Shown: in pieces, positions 1-13,584 of the stretch
Position numbering within the stretch: the stretch's first letter is position 1
How the letters are laid out: each line of letters opens with the position of its first letter
Assembly (NCBI GenBank): GCA_048013815.1
Contig: CM106586.1
Coordinates: 13,454,001 to 13,518,000 of the forward strand
Reading direction: 5' to 3'
Source of the DNA: Setoptus koraiensis
Lineage: Eukaryota > Animalia > Arthropoda
Length of the DNA stretch: 64,000 bases
Program-made: the position numbers and the translations under genes
The notes under the pieces: model-generated
The model's database searches: none
Told to the model about the DNA's origin: nothing
Seen by the model: only the letters and a program-made list of their open reading frames with translations

Positions 1-1985
1 TATGTATTTATGCACGCTTGTTACTCGTGCAAAATGGATTCAGATATTCGCGCGGCTATTGCAAGTGAGCGGCGAGCGGGGCCAGGCAATGCCAACTATC
101 ATTCGACTCCCTATCCGTTGTCTGGCGTGATGTTTCGTACTGGGCCCATTCTATCAACATCAGCAATCGAACCCATTGGGCTCAAAGGGGCGCCTGCCCT
201 AACAAGTGGCCCCGCCAACAATAAAGACTCGACGTGGTGTGCAGCCGTGGGGCCAAGACCAATTTTGGGAGAATGGTCACAATCATATTATATTGCTCTC
301 CAGTGGTGGATTTGATAGCCACAGCAACTTGGCCAGGGATAGAGTGACTCGTTAGCGAGAGCACTCTTGTGTCACACATTCTCTCTCTCTCACTCTATGT
401 TTGCCGATATCCATCCCACTTAATGGTGGCCCCTTTGAGCTCTTTGTTAGGGCGTCCATCTAATGATGATCCAGCGATTCTTTTAGGCAAAACTTGCCGG
501 CAGCCGCAATAGTGGTCGTCGTTAATGTCGCCATTGCTGCGTGGTTGTTGTTAAATCATTACGCAAGTGTATGCCACTGATGTGTCTTGCTGATGATCGT
601 GGCGCCTTTTTACAATAAAACAGTCATAATAATATAGGTGACGTACATGGCAATAATCATATACAACAACAACGACAAGTACATGTTTATACTATCGGCT
701 AGACAATGATAACTTGAAGTGGTTGTTGTGGGCCCGCCAACTACACTAACTGTATTTAACCAGCTTATCTACACTCATTACTGATTGTATTATTCAGCGT
801 GTTTGCAGCTCGCAATGATCACATAACTGAACTCTTCTAATGAATAGATACATATATGCACATTTATGTGTATGATTATAACCGGCCCCATGCAATCATT
901 GTTTGTGACTTTGGTTGGCTGGCTGGCTGGCTGACTGGCCGCTGGCCCGCTGACCAGAGCCATAGATCAAATCTCGAACATACATACATCATCGCTTGAC
1001 ACGTTACTGTTGCTGTTGCGGTTATTGTTGTGGCTGGTGGTTGTATAAATCGTAATAGATGTCGTGTGTAACTATGTGTATGTATAGCGACCTTGAATTA
1101 GTTGCCAAATCTCCCTCATTGCGCTATTGTGTGGTCACGCATGGCTAAAATATTATGGCCGACAACGCAATAGCTGCAAAACACACACACACATAGAAAT
1201 TAATGATCATCGATACTATTGAAAGCGGCTGTGTGCATAGGTTAGCTGCTGGCTTGCCGGCTTGGGGCCCATTTCAGCATCAGTTAATCATATTGAACTG
1301 TTTCGCGCCAAAACCAACTAGCTCGCGTTCTCTTATTAGCAAAGGTACCATGACAAACAACAGCGACAACAACAAAATATATTGTGTGTGCCCGCGATAA
1401 TGGTCACATCATTTCCTTGTTCACTACTATCTAACGTCGCCACTCATTCATGATCTGTAATGTATTCATGGCATCACCTAGGCACCGCCAGACAACGTAA
1501 TCATCATCATCATCATCATCATTACATAACCGACATTGTTGCATGCTTATGAGTCACTACACACCATGTAGTGACATTTATTGGCTAGATGATTTCGATC
1601 AACAGAAATACTCATCGCAATAACCATGTGTATGTGCTCTGGAAGTACTTTGCGTGAGCGGCTTGAGAAGACCCAAGTAATAATGATAATATTCTGGCGA
1701 CAAAAGCATTGCCAGCATCCCCTGCATCGTGAGCAGATGATCCACTATGCAAAATACTTGTCTGGCGAATATGACGACTTGCTTATACACCTAAACTCAC
1801 TGGCAACTGGCTGTGCAATAAGCCCATTGATAGTCGCTTGTGTAGCTTCGAGCCAACCACGTACACTAGCCACTTCACTAAGCCTCTTGTTTGTGTTCCG
1901 TACACAAATTATAAAATACGCAAATAAGAGGATCAACCGAGCTAATCCATAATTCAACCATAACCAATGTCACTAGGCTATGCGT

Positions 1986-1988
<3 letters not shown>

Positions 1989-2034
<46 letters not shown>
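1989..2034. repeat. (GA)n microsatellite
   Basis: Direct reading. Confidence 0.95.
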
Positions 2035-2038
<4 letters not shown>

Positions 2039-5003
2039 TCGGCAATTGTATCTATACGCACAATAGCGTAATGTGTTATATTATGTCATTGTCTTCCGCC
2101 GATGACACATCATTCTGGCGATATAGTTTTTTCGCTTTTTTGTTTAGTTTCATATCCAGATTCACTCATGTCGAAAAATGTGGCCGCTTATAGCACGCTC
2201 GGCAAAGGGGCTCCTTTCTCTCCCATGTCACACTATCTATGAGTTGCGAGCATTAATGATCTAGTTGTTTGTGTCGAGTTGCCCATCACCTTTACAGGCC
2301 ATTAATTGTGGTTACTCTTTGCGGGGGCCAGCGTCGCATAAGCTAGTAGCAGGCACATATATGAGTGTCTTACCTTTTTTTCCAGGTTGAAATCTAGAAG
2401 TTTGGAGGTAGACTCTAGGTATTTTTCACTGCTCCCATGACCATGGCTACATCACACTGTTTATGAGTGGCTGGCGTTCCACTGGCTGGCTGGAAACAAG
2501 TATTCAAAACAGGTTAGTTGTGAATTTTTATCCCTGTCGCTTATAAAGCTTTGTGCATTGTTGCTTAACCTGCACTCCTTTTATCATTACATAAGCGTAC
2601 GTGACGTTCCGTTCGAGCCAACTAAAATGTCACCACAAGTATAAGGGTACATACACTGGCGCTTATTACTGTTGCGGTAGTTGTTGTCATCGCCATTGTT
2701 GCTGTCATCGGCATTGTTGTTGCTGATACTGTAATGCCGTACCACTGTTAGAATTGCAGTTACACTCACGATTGGCCAGCAGCGTTGTCAGCCCACCTAC
2801 GGATAATCTGGAGATAATTCGCGCATTGGTCTATCGCTCTTACAATCCCCATCCCGTATATCTTTTAAAATCCATTTCTGGCGCGTGTTGTTGCCAAGTG
2901 CGGGTTCCTCTAGTTTCTCTGGTGCGACGAATGGGCTTAACTTGTCCACGTTGTCATGAGACATTCTTATCTAAACTATCCGCAAGCATACATATCAAAT
3001 ATAAATATAACCATCCATAACTATTCCGGCTACTTAGATAGCCCAAATGTTGTTGTGGTGGCTCGTGCGACCACAAGCGCCAGTTAACAGCGCCAACACG
3101 AGACACTTATTTACACTGTTGAGACTTCCTGGTATTCCGAATGATTTCTCTCCCCCGAATCATCTCTCTCTGTCTCGTGGGCCTCGCAAAGCTTGTTTAG
3201 TCGACTGTAATGTATAACCAAATTATGAGTACGAGCGGCACTATGACAATTTTAGTTTATTATGTGGCTCGGCAAGGTCGCCGGCAGCGGCAGTTGGCTG
3301 GTAACAGTGATATAAACGTGATGATGCGGCCGACAATGGGGCAACGAGCATATTGTCCAAGATGGCGGCCTTCTTGAGGTGAATTACTCACTCATGGCTC
3401 ACTTCTGGTATGTGCATTGTCGATCAATTTTGCTTGGTCAAACAGAAGAAAACAAAACACTTGGCCTCACTTGTTTGGACCATTGTAGATGGGGCGCGTT
3501 GATAGCGTGGCGCTGGAATCCTCGGGGTCGCAATCTGTCCGTTGTTGGCTGCAAACATTAAATATAAGTGCCATTTCCAAATGTTGCTCAGCGCCGCCAA
3601 TTTGCACCATGAGAGCGGCATCTCAGTGGAGGGGCCCCTTGGTCGTAATGGCATCGACATTGTAATAATTGTATCACGCTCACAAAATATATATCCCACA
3701 AGGGGTGTGAGTTTGCAGTTTGGTGATAGCAACAGCCCATTGTTGCTATCAACAAACTGCGTGCCATTTGTTATTAGGTCGCTGTGCGAAATTGAATGCA
3801 ACAAAGGACTTTGTGTGCAAAATATAAGCAAGTCAAGACGCAACCCTTTCGAGGGCACAACAGCTCGCTATGTGCACAATTGCACAAATGTGCACGCGCG
3901 GCCTTGCGTGAGCACCAGTTGAAACGTAACGTATTAATCATTCGTGCATAACACACAAATACACTCTATATAGAAAAGCAACGGAAAAATGGGCCACAAT
4001 TAGACAAATGGTTTCTCTGTTGAGCCGATAGGCCCGTCCGATTCATTGGATACTCAATTTAAAAAGAAAAACATTCCAAGAGAACAGTGCATGTGGCTGG
4101 AAAACGTGGAACGATTTTATTTGGTGAGCAGGTTTCGTTGTGAGCGGTGTCAGTCTAAACGTCGCGGATCAGAGAGGGACCCCGTTACATTCGGGCGATA
4201 CACGCGATCCTCGAGTCAGCTCAGTTTGAATCACTGACAATTGATTGGCACGAGCCAGCGCGCTTTGAGCTGACAACAAATGAATGATGACAAACTACCG
4301 GACAATAGAAAACAACCGTCATCAAATATGTGACTAAAGCGGATCATTCGGCCAACTAGATCATTGGAACTAGCAATCGATTCCCGGAAGACCCTGCCAT
4401 TTGTCTCATCATACATTCTTGGCACACTCGATAGTATGGAGGCACATGTGGGGGAGTTTAATAGAATCGACGATATAACAGTAATAATAATAACATAAAT
4501 GTGGTTGCAAGCGTTCACATTCACAGCGACAACTGTTACAAGCATCATTAGTTGCCGCCTTGAAGGGACCCTGGCACTCGCGCCAACATCTGTTTGGCGG
4601 CATCCATGATTCGTTGTTGATACAGTGGAGTCAATTGGACTGACAAACGGACAAACCCATAATGGAGGACAGACAGATATATTATCAAGTGGGTCCAACA
4701 ATATGATAGTCACTGGATGGTGTCGCTCAAGTCCAACTTTTCGTGTCAAAATCGAAAGGACACGTAACACTCAACAGGAAAAACAACAAAAATGAAAAGG
4801 CTCTACCCTGAGTTGACAATTGTGGAACGAACAAACGGTTAAGCCAACGGTTCGAGACGACATTTCATCATGCTAAACAACAATAAAGATCTATATCAAA
4901 CAGATCTGACAGCATCTTCGGGCGGACTGTATTTAGCAATGACAATGCCCATTTAACTGGATCATTTGACAACTGCTGTTGTTGATCATCGAATCACTAA
5001 CCG

Positions 5004-5007
<4 letters not shown>

Positions 5008-5071
<64 letters not shown>
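5008..5071. repeat. (GA)n microsatellite
   Basis: Direct reading. Confidence 0.95.
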
Positions 5072-5076
<5 letters not shown>

Positions 5077-5814
5077 GATGGAGTGAGCAGGGATATAAAG
5101 CTTGAAATATCTTTATCATTTATCTTTTCTGAACAAGGCTCCTTTTTCAAGACGATCAGCTCACAAGTTGACAGATGGGCTCCGAACTGGACAAGCAATG
5201 ATCAATAGGATCAATTGTCACCGTCCCTCATTCATCAATAGAGCGAGAGAGGGGCACGAGCAGAGAGTTTAAACACTTCCTTATCTCTAGTGTCAGACGA
5301 GGCTTTCGTTGTAGCATATGGTGCAGCCGTTAGTTGTGCCATGGTAGTCCCTTAATAACCAATTTTATTTATTCAGCAATCGACGACTCGTGACATGAAG
5401 TCGATCAGATATGGAGAGTTCTGACCTTCTTGTTTGGATAACATCTTGGTGTTGTCGTTAGAAAATATAAGCACTTTCCGTGAGTGAGCTGACCACCAAG
5501 TGGACCATTCAAGGCCTAGATGGTGCTCACGTATGTGGCCATCGGTCAGTATGTAAGTGAGTGAAGTAGTTTGTCGGAGCAAATTATTGATTTTCCGAAC
5601 GAAAGCTCGCCTGCAATAGTGACAATACTCAAATACTGATGCCACCGAACCAACTTTAAACTTTTCAGTTGCAGCATTAGTTGCTAAAATTAATGGTAGT
5701 AGATCGAGAAATGATCAATCAAATCTCCATATCAAAAGCGGCAAACTATTAGCCTTTCATTATAATATCGCTAATTTAAACAATCTCATCTCATCTATCA
5801 CAAATACATCATAG

Positions 5815-8800
5815 GATACCACTGATATGCCGGAGCTGGGCAATTTGATTGTTAAAGCTAAATGTCGCATAGAGACCGGAGAATATCTATCCTTCGACGA
5901 CTATAAATTGGAAACTTGTGCTAGGTGTTATCAGTAAGTAGCTAATTACACATTATGACTATTGACTAACAATTTATGGGATTAGGTTACTTCTTCTGTG
6001 ATAATAATGCGAGCTGGTTGCAACTGTTATCTCTATCGGTTACTCCGTATATTTAGATGAATTTCGATTTATATGAAAAACGCTTGATATGAATGTTGGG
6101 TTGGACTGAAGCTCGAGGGAGAGAGAGAGAGAGAAAATTACAAATTTACAGTTGGCTGATGCCGCTCGCTCCCCAGGCTGTTTGCTCTAGTTGGAAGGCC
6201 AGTTATATTATTGGGTTTCCTATGACAGTATATGATTGTGCGATGGTGGTGATGGAATAGAATGAGTGAGATAGCAGACAAGGGAGATCAAAGCAAATAA
6301 TTGTGTTCTATCTGGACAGATGAACGGCAGTTAATCTTTCACTCCAATCCACTGTACTCAATGGGAGTGTGTGAGGGAGAGAGAGAGATGGTGTTGGTTA
6401 TCAGATTTCTCGGATACAAGCAAACTGTTCCTCCGCCGAACTTCTCCATGGCGCTTCGCAAATCATCCCAGTAACGAAAGGGTCGATCTCTGAAAGCACC
6501 CAGCAGAAAATTCTTTCAAGGCTCATATCAAATTGCCAGAAATAATTGAGTCACATGATAATTGAGGCAACATGAGACAATCGCCCTTGTGTGGCGACAC
6601 CTAGAAAACTGATGACGATCGCATAAAGAAAGACCCATGAACTATATTGATTATATGCTACATGTACCGAGAAGAAGAAGAATAATGAGTCATGCCAACG
6701 TCAAGACCTCATACAGTATCAAATTAATATCGTATCGTATGTTAGGATGTTATCTCATCGCTAAAAATCTAACACAGTCTGAAGGTTTGTCAGTGGGACC
6801 TAAATGAAAGCTGATGGTCACAGTGGCTACTTAGTTATTGGTGTACATAAGCTCAACATGCGATAAGGCTTGGCAGTTGATGTGTGTTCGCTAGCGACCC
6901 CATCAAGGGCGACCATCAAATGATAGCAACAACCAGTGTGATATATCATTTATTTGGGTGATCTCGGATGCATGAAACGATCCGACAGTATGAATAGCGT
7001 TTGTGTTATGCTGAAACCCTTTTTGATGTAACCTCGTTCTATTGAATGAGAAATTGTAGTAGACAAGCAGAGACTAATAATACCTAATATTATTCGATAT
7101 GACATTAGTGATCGCCCGACCACCAATTCTATGCCTGGCAGTTTCAATAGTAGGCTATTGGATAACGAAGATGTACTCTTGGCCCTATTTTTGCGTGATT
7201 TAATCATAGGTATTTTGTCGATGCTTATTTGTTTGTGGTGTAAAGGTTACGAGGGCCAATATTGGTTTTTTGATTTGTCAGCAAGTAATTGTCATATGAT
7301 GATGCAAAATGCAATCTAGCCAACCATTCTCGGTTCATTGAATTCTCTGTTTGCACGCAACAATAAGCAGCTAACTAGTCGACATTGACAAACCAAATCC
7401 GTGTTGCTATCTCCGTAACTCCGAGGGCATAATATAACGGTTTGCGGTAGATACAAGAGAAGGAATTTGTTCGATCTAGAACACAAATCTATTGCTAGTC
7501 ACTAACTGTAAGCGACAGTAACAAATTCATTAAGTGACCTCTGTGTAATCAAGATTATTAAATAAACATGTCTCTTTGTGAATATCATGCTTCGTGAAGT
7601 TGCTTGAACACGTACGAATGACATGAACTGTTAATTGTGTGTATATTTGAGAAAAACAAGGATTCGCTGGTACGTGATGTCACGTCGTCAGTTTTGATTA
7701 TCAAAACATTCCGGTGGTCAGCTGGCAAAATGGTTGGTTTAAGCCGAGCTCAACTGACATGTCCATTCTGATTAACTATGATCCCGATTATTGATTAAAG
7801 GGCAAGGCACAAATATTGAACTAGTCAAGATGATGGCGATTTCTCATTTTTCGATCTCGATATTGCAACAACTTTCACGAATTAATATTTCATCCAAGCA
7901 ATTGATTATCCGCTGGCGATGTTGTGTATGTTGCTTCTTGGTCAACAACTTTTATACACTGTGTTGCCATTTCAGCGCACCAATGCATTTATTTATTCCA
8001 GCTAAATAACCGGATATTACAACTCTTAATCTGTATTTCTTTCGCCGAATGTATCCTCGAACAAAACGTTCTATATTACAAAAACCCTCAGTTATTTAGC
8101 TGAGATAAACGAGAATTTTTTCTCTCAGCGTCTCTATTTGGCCGAGTAAGTAAATCACGTAAAGTAGTATCAATGTTTTGCCACGAGATATTCGCTTATT
8201 GTGGACGCCTCTAACGTCACAAAATATTATTTAATCTGATCTAGCCCTGAAGATACTTCTAGAAATAGAACATTTGGAGCCCTGTATGATGAGGATAATA
8301 AAACAATGTATTTATCGACGCAAACAGATAAGATCGAGGAGACCATCAAACCTGGTATGAGGCATCAATGGAAACAGTGCTGTCAGCAGGCTCTTGAATG
8401 TTGTTATCGGGCACCCGAGGAAGATGACCCACCAAGAGGTACCACGAACAAAGAATCTAAATGTCCCAGGACATGGGATGGGTGAGTCTGTCATAATTGT
8501 ATTATATTGTTATGCTATCATAAAAGTCAATTATGTCATTGTATTCAGATGTTTGGGTTAGTTTTGTAACCGTTTCCTCAACTGATATTTATGGATCCAT
8601 TTTCCTATTTTAGTTGGTCTTGCTGGAAAGCAACAGATGCAAGTATGGAAGAGAAACTGGAATGTCCGAACTTTATCTATTACGATAACTACCAGCCCCA
8701 TTGTTTGGGTTAGTATAGTCATCTTCTTGGATATTTTTGGCGCCGATTAAATTAATCATAGCCATCTGCAACTAAAACTTTGAAAAACAAAAATAGCTAA

Positions 8801-11329
8801 CAACAATCTTCTTTTAAAACACTTATTAGTATATTCTACCAAAATTTGCTTGCCCAACGGAACTTGGGAAACAAAATACGGAAGAGAATGGACAGAATAT
8901 AACGCTTGCGCCCCAAAAGATGTAAGTGTTGTGATTATGTAGCGATTATGATAATTATTTCCTGATTGATGGTTGACTTTATCATTAAATTTATGATTAC
9001 TCTCTAAAACACATGTGCACAGATCCATGAGTGGCGTATGAGATACGGACTTTTGAGTAATTTTGTTTCTATGATAGCCATCTTGCCCGCGCTAATGATA
9101 TTCAATTATCTTCAGTAAGTACCATCGATCAAATAATTAAGTGAAAGCTCGTATTCTGTCTCTAGCATACAGTTCGCATGAGCTTATCAACCATAAAACA
9201 AATTAAAATACCCTTGATAATTTCCGCAATCACTTCGATTCAACTAAAACTGACTATTCATAACTCTCCGTGAAAAAATAACTACTTCCTTAGGCCCACT
9301 AGAAAGAGTCAACGCATTAAAATCCATCGACATCTACTAGTGTGCTTACTTATACATGCCATACTAACTGCCGTACAAAGAATCAACAAACTTGTTAAAG
9401 ACAATCAATTGTACGAGGATCAACTAAGATTATTCAAGAGTACCACCTATACACAAGAATATACATTGCCACAGACAAAAGATGTTATAAATTTCACGGA
9501 AAGCAACGGCAATCACTGGCCATCGTCAGCTCAACAATCATTGTTCCATTCAGATGAATATCATTCTAGCCTGTATGTCGCGGACAATAGAATCAGTGGC
9601 CGACGCCGATCGAGGTCTCCCAAAATCTCTAGCGTCCACAATCTTTTTGCAAGTGATAAACACAACGATCAAACACGAAACAATTATTTCAGAACTCACA
9701 TCATCGGCCCGGCTAATGATGTTCCACCACTGGCTAGCGGAAATACACACGATACTAACAGTGACAGACTCAGTGAAGCCGAAAATTACTACAAAAAAAG
9801 TATCACGAGCGATCAAGGAATGAATAAACAACAATTTTCTCAAAATACTCAACCATACAGAAAACTGAGCGACAATTTCAATCTGGAAGTGACACGCAGA
9901 TTGAGCGATGATACTTCGACTTTTCTCCAACTTTTACCTTCGGATCATTCAATGGCGAATGCCTTGCCAAGTGAGATGCAGAAAAAACAACAAGAAAGAG
10001 ATGAGGTTCTGAAATATCCTACAAATGTTCAGGTTTCAGGCAACCATTACTCACAGGTATCGGACAAAACCTCAGCGTCCAATAGTCCATTGTGCGGTAG
10101 ATTAAAAACCGGTGAATCAGATAGAGCTGACCATAATTCAAGAAACAAAAGAAGCAGAGAAAAAAATGTCAGAGTGCTTGCTCAAACATCAATTTCGCCC
10201 GAAAATCTGAATCAATCATCCCCCAACGAACCATCTAAAAACACTACACAGTTAGTGTATTTCAACCCTCAGACTGAGATGAGCACCTCATACAAGGTTT
10301 ATTGTTGGTCGTTGCAAATTGCATTGATCTACATAAGAAACTGCTGCTATTTCTGGATGTTCAACGAGGCTCTTTACCTACACCTTATTCTCCAAATGGC
10401 ACCTAAAGAACCATCATTCAGGTGTCTATCAGTAGTTGCTTACACTTTGCCATTGTTGATTGTAATTGTGTACACGGTAGCTAGATCAGTCGTCGATGGT
10501 ACACCGATAGACTTTTTAATGACACCAATTGTTGATGTCTTCAAGCCGACCACCTCTAAAGTGATAAGTAATTTGAATCCGACAGCGTTGCCATCTATAA
10601 TACAAGTTGGCAATGTAACTTCAGAGCAAGATAGAGGCTTCCAGGACATCTGTTGGGATTCAGGCTCAGGTTTTGCTTGGATAGAGGCCATTCTAGATTA
10701 TCCAAACTATGTTCTACTAGCCTTGAATGTTATATTCCTAGTGACACTCTTACGTACCATGTGTGGACTACAAAGAGTTCCTTTGGGCACCTCGACGCAT
10801 GATAATACAAAAACTGGTGTTGGTTTTGTTGGTGCCCTTAGAGCAGCTTGCCTTTTGTTTCCATTGTATGGATTTTCGTTCTTAGTCGTTTCAGCACGTC
10901 CAAAATTATCACAGTAAGTACACAATACTTCAATCCGTTCTTGACCATGCTAGAGTCTTGTAATTCCTTACACAGTGTTCTATAATTACTTCCTCATTAA
11001 TGATATAACTGTAGAACGTCTTGTGTCATAATGGAAGCCTACTATTACATTTATCTCTCTGTTGATGGTCTACAGGGTGTTGCTGTAGCAATTCTGTTTT
11101 GCTACGCAACAAAGGAGGTAAGTTGGAGCTATGAGTAATTCTAGGGTTCATTCAAACCAACCAATTCTTTAAACTGTATTAATGATTTGATATAATTTGA
11201 TTTTTTATTCTACTACAAAAAAAAAATTCCTAGGTGAGACTTGCTTTAACTAATTTGATCATGCGACACAAACGCCAGACTAGAAATAGGGACGATAATG
11301 TAAACATGACGGAATTGTGTATAACGTGA
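5815..11329 (+). CDS. Class B (secretin-family) GPCR, calcitonin/PDF-receptor-like, multi-exon; 5' (signal peptide) exon not located
   Basis: Hand-spliced GT-AG exons: 5815-5933, 8245-8481, 8614-8708, 8830-8921, 9023-9114, 9294-10913, 11015-11117, 11234-11329; phases are compatible. They give the N-terminal ETCARCY...WKQCCQQALECC and the hormone-receptor domain CPRTWDGWSCW...CP...CLPNGTW...WTEYNAC. TM1 is GLLSNFVSMIAILPALMIF, followed by RIKIHRHLLVCLL, YFWMFNEALYLH, LRAACLLFPLYG and TM7 LQGVAVAILFCY. Extra exons inside 5934-8244 cannot be excluded. Confidence 0.85.
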
Positions 11330-11345
11330 TGGAAGGAATACTAGA

Positions 11346-12962
11346 TCAGCTCAGATCTGTCAATTTAACAATAGTATCCTTGTGTTTTAATACAAATTCA
11401 TGTTCCTGTTACAAGAATATTAGTAATAAAAAAAAAATAATGATAAATGAAGAGTGTGAATTAGTAGAGTGACAATCGTTTAAGGAAGGTATTATGACCG
11501 AGGGCTAATACTTACAATCAACTGTTTATATTTAGGTCTTCTCCTGTAATCTTTTGTGAGACATGTCTCAACAAAATTCCTACATTCTTCACTGAATTTC
11601 ATATTCTTAGGAAGACGTGGTGGTTCTTCTTCCATCACTTTAGTCATGACTTCCCATTGCGTAATACAACTAGCATACGGAGATATACATGTCGCCATTT
11701 CAACAAGGGTTATACCAAGACTCCAGACGTCTGCTCTTACATCATATGCGGATGCAGCTGGATCTATCCGTTCGGGCTAATGGGAGGGTGAAAGGTCGAA
11801 TGATTAATATGAGTACGATTTGATCAAAATGAAAGAGAGAAAAATAATCTGTGGAGACACTTACCGCCATGTATACATTACAACCGGCAGCTCTAGTTTT
11901 GGCTTTTGAATCTATGAGCCTACCGCTGATGCCAAAGTCGCACAATTTTATCACACCTTCATCATTTATCAATATGTTAGATGGTTTGACATCACGATGA
12001 ATAACTCCATGCTCTTCTTTCAAATAATGTAAAGCTTTGACGACGGAATAAGTAATTGCCCCTAGAAAGTCTTCTGGTAGCGGTTTTTTTCGTTCTCTAA
12101 GTAGCTTATCGAAGCATGTGGTCATTAGTTCCATGCAAATCCAAACTTCAGTATCACAAATAAAGTAACCAAGACATTTGACAATATTATCATTATGACA
12201 TTTGCATAAAATTTCTAAGTCCATATAGATGCGTCTGTTTTCATCGTCATTGCCGCTCCTCCTCATTTGTTTGACTGCACACAATTTACCAGTTGGAATA
12301 TGCTGCATTTTGTCCACTTGACCGCTGGCCCCGACGCCTAGATTATCCAACCATTTAAAGATATCTTGCGGCGTCTCGTCGGTAACAAGTTCTTCACCGT
12401 CGTCGGTAATGAAAACATTCTTTTTGAAGTCATTTGTTAGTCTAGTACTTATATGTACAGAGTTGCGATGCTGTGTAGATGTCTGTCTGTGATGATGATG
12501 ATGATTGTTGAACTTGGGTGCATTTAGTGTTAATGGCACAATATTTAGAGATGGCCTACTGGCCGATGTGTTTGACTGTGTTGTTGACGAGGCCGTAGTT
12601 GAAGACGGGGTCGTCGGGGTTGTTGGAGTTGTCGGTGTTATAGGGGTTATGGGTGTCACAGGTGTTATGGGACTTGTGACGGACGTTGTTGTGGGTGTTG
12701 TAGGGCTTAAGGGTGTCGTTGGTGTTGTGGGGGTGGTGAGCGTGGTGGATGTAGTGGAGGTGGTGGTGTTGCTGATTGGGGTCTTAGTAGTGTTTATGGT
12801 GTTGCTGACAGCGATGTTTGTGGTTGCTGTGGCGTCGTTATTGCTAACGTGGCTTAATAATTCTAGTTCTTTTTGATGCATAGATAACGTAAAACCAATG
12901 ACATCTATTTTGTTCTCAAGTGAGGTCTTGGTCTTTCGCATTCGGGGCAACATTTTTTCCAT
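11346..12962 (-). CDS. MAP2K7: MAP kinase kinase 7 (MKK7/hemipterous), full-length copy A, ~472 aa
   Basis: Exons 12962-11865, 11776-11516, 11405-11346. Motifs: [46 protein letters not shown] (the MKK7 SKAKT activation loop), [23 protein letters not shown]-terminal TSLENKI resembles MKK7 SSLEQKL. Confidence 0.92.
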
Positions 12963-13464
12963 AGTGAATAGAGAGTCTCTAGCCTTGTGCTCAGTAACTT
13001 GGACCAGCTAGTTTAGGCTATCAGAGGATCGGAGTTTGAGCTGGATATTTAAGTCTACATTATGAACAATTCAGCATGCTTGTTTGTCGTATCCATATAT
13101 TTGATATTCTCATGCATGCAGGCTTAATTAATGTAACCTGAGTCCAATGAATCGTACCATGATTTAGTGAGAGTGAAATAATGATGAATTAGCGAAGAGA
13201 TTGATGAACATTCGATCTACTATAATAATAATAGTGTGGTAGTAGAAATGAAATATTAATAACAACAAAAACCAGAAATATGGGACACATCAGCGTAAGG
13301 ATAGCAGATGCATCGCAGTTTCTCTTGTTTATGCGAATATCGTAGAAGTCTAAGGCCAGCTGCTGACACTTTTAGAAGGCGCGAATTTTGAGCTCGAAAA
13401 CGATCGGATCGTTACGATGCGATCGTTACGATCGTAGTGATGGTGTGAAATTTTCACCCAAGTA

Positions 13465-13573
13465 TCATAGTGATAATATTGACAAGTGTCTTGGTTAATT
13501 TATTTGTAGTTTTGTTGAAAAAAATGGTAACAGGTCTCACAAAAGATTACAGGAGAAGACCTAAATATAAACA
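13465..13573 (+). pseudogene. Collapsed inverted MKK7 remnant, tail-to-tail with copy B
   Basis: 13465-13507 resembles the [15 protein letters not shown] codons. 13534-13573 is an exact 40-nt copy of the exon-2 [14 protein letters not shown] codons, on the opposite strand to copies A-C. Confidence 0.8.
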
Positions 13574-13584
13574 AGTATACCAGA

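Noticed and set aside
1599-4770. Several exon-like minus-strand segments with plausible splice sites (about 1620-1900, 3470-3780, 4170-4420)
   Set aside because: They could not be joined into a recognisable protein; a real gene may be present but I cannot support a call.
12505-12876. Val/Gly-rich plus-strand ORF
   Set aside because: Antisense shadow of the Thr/Pro repeat in MKK7-A.
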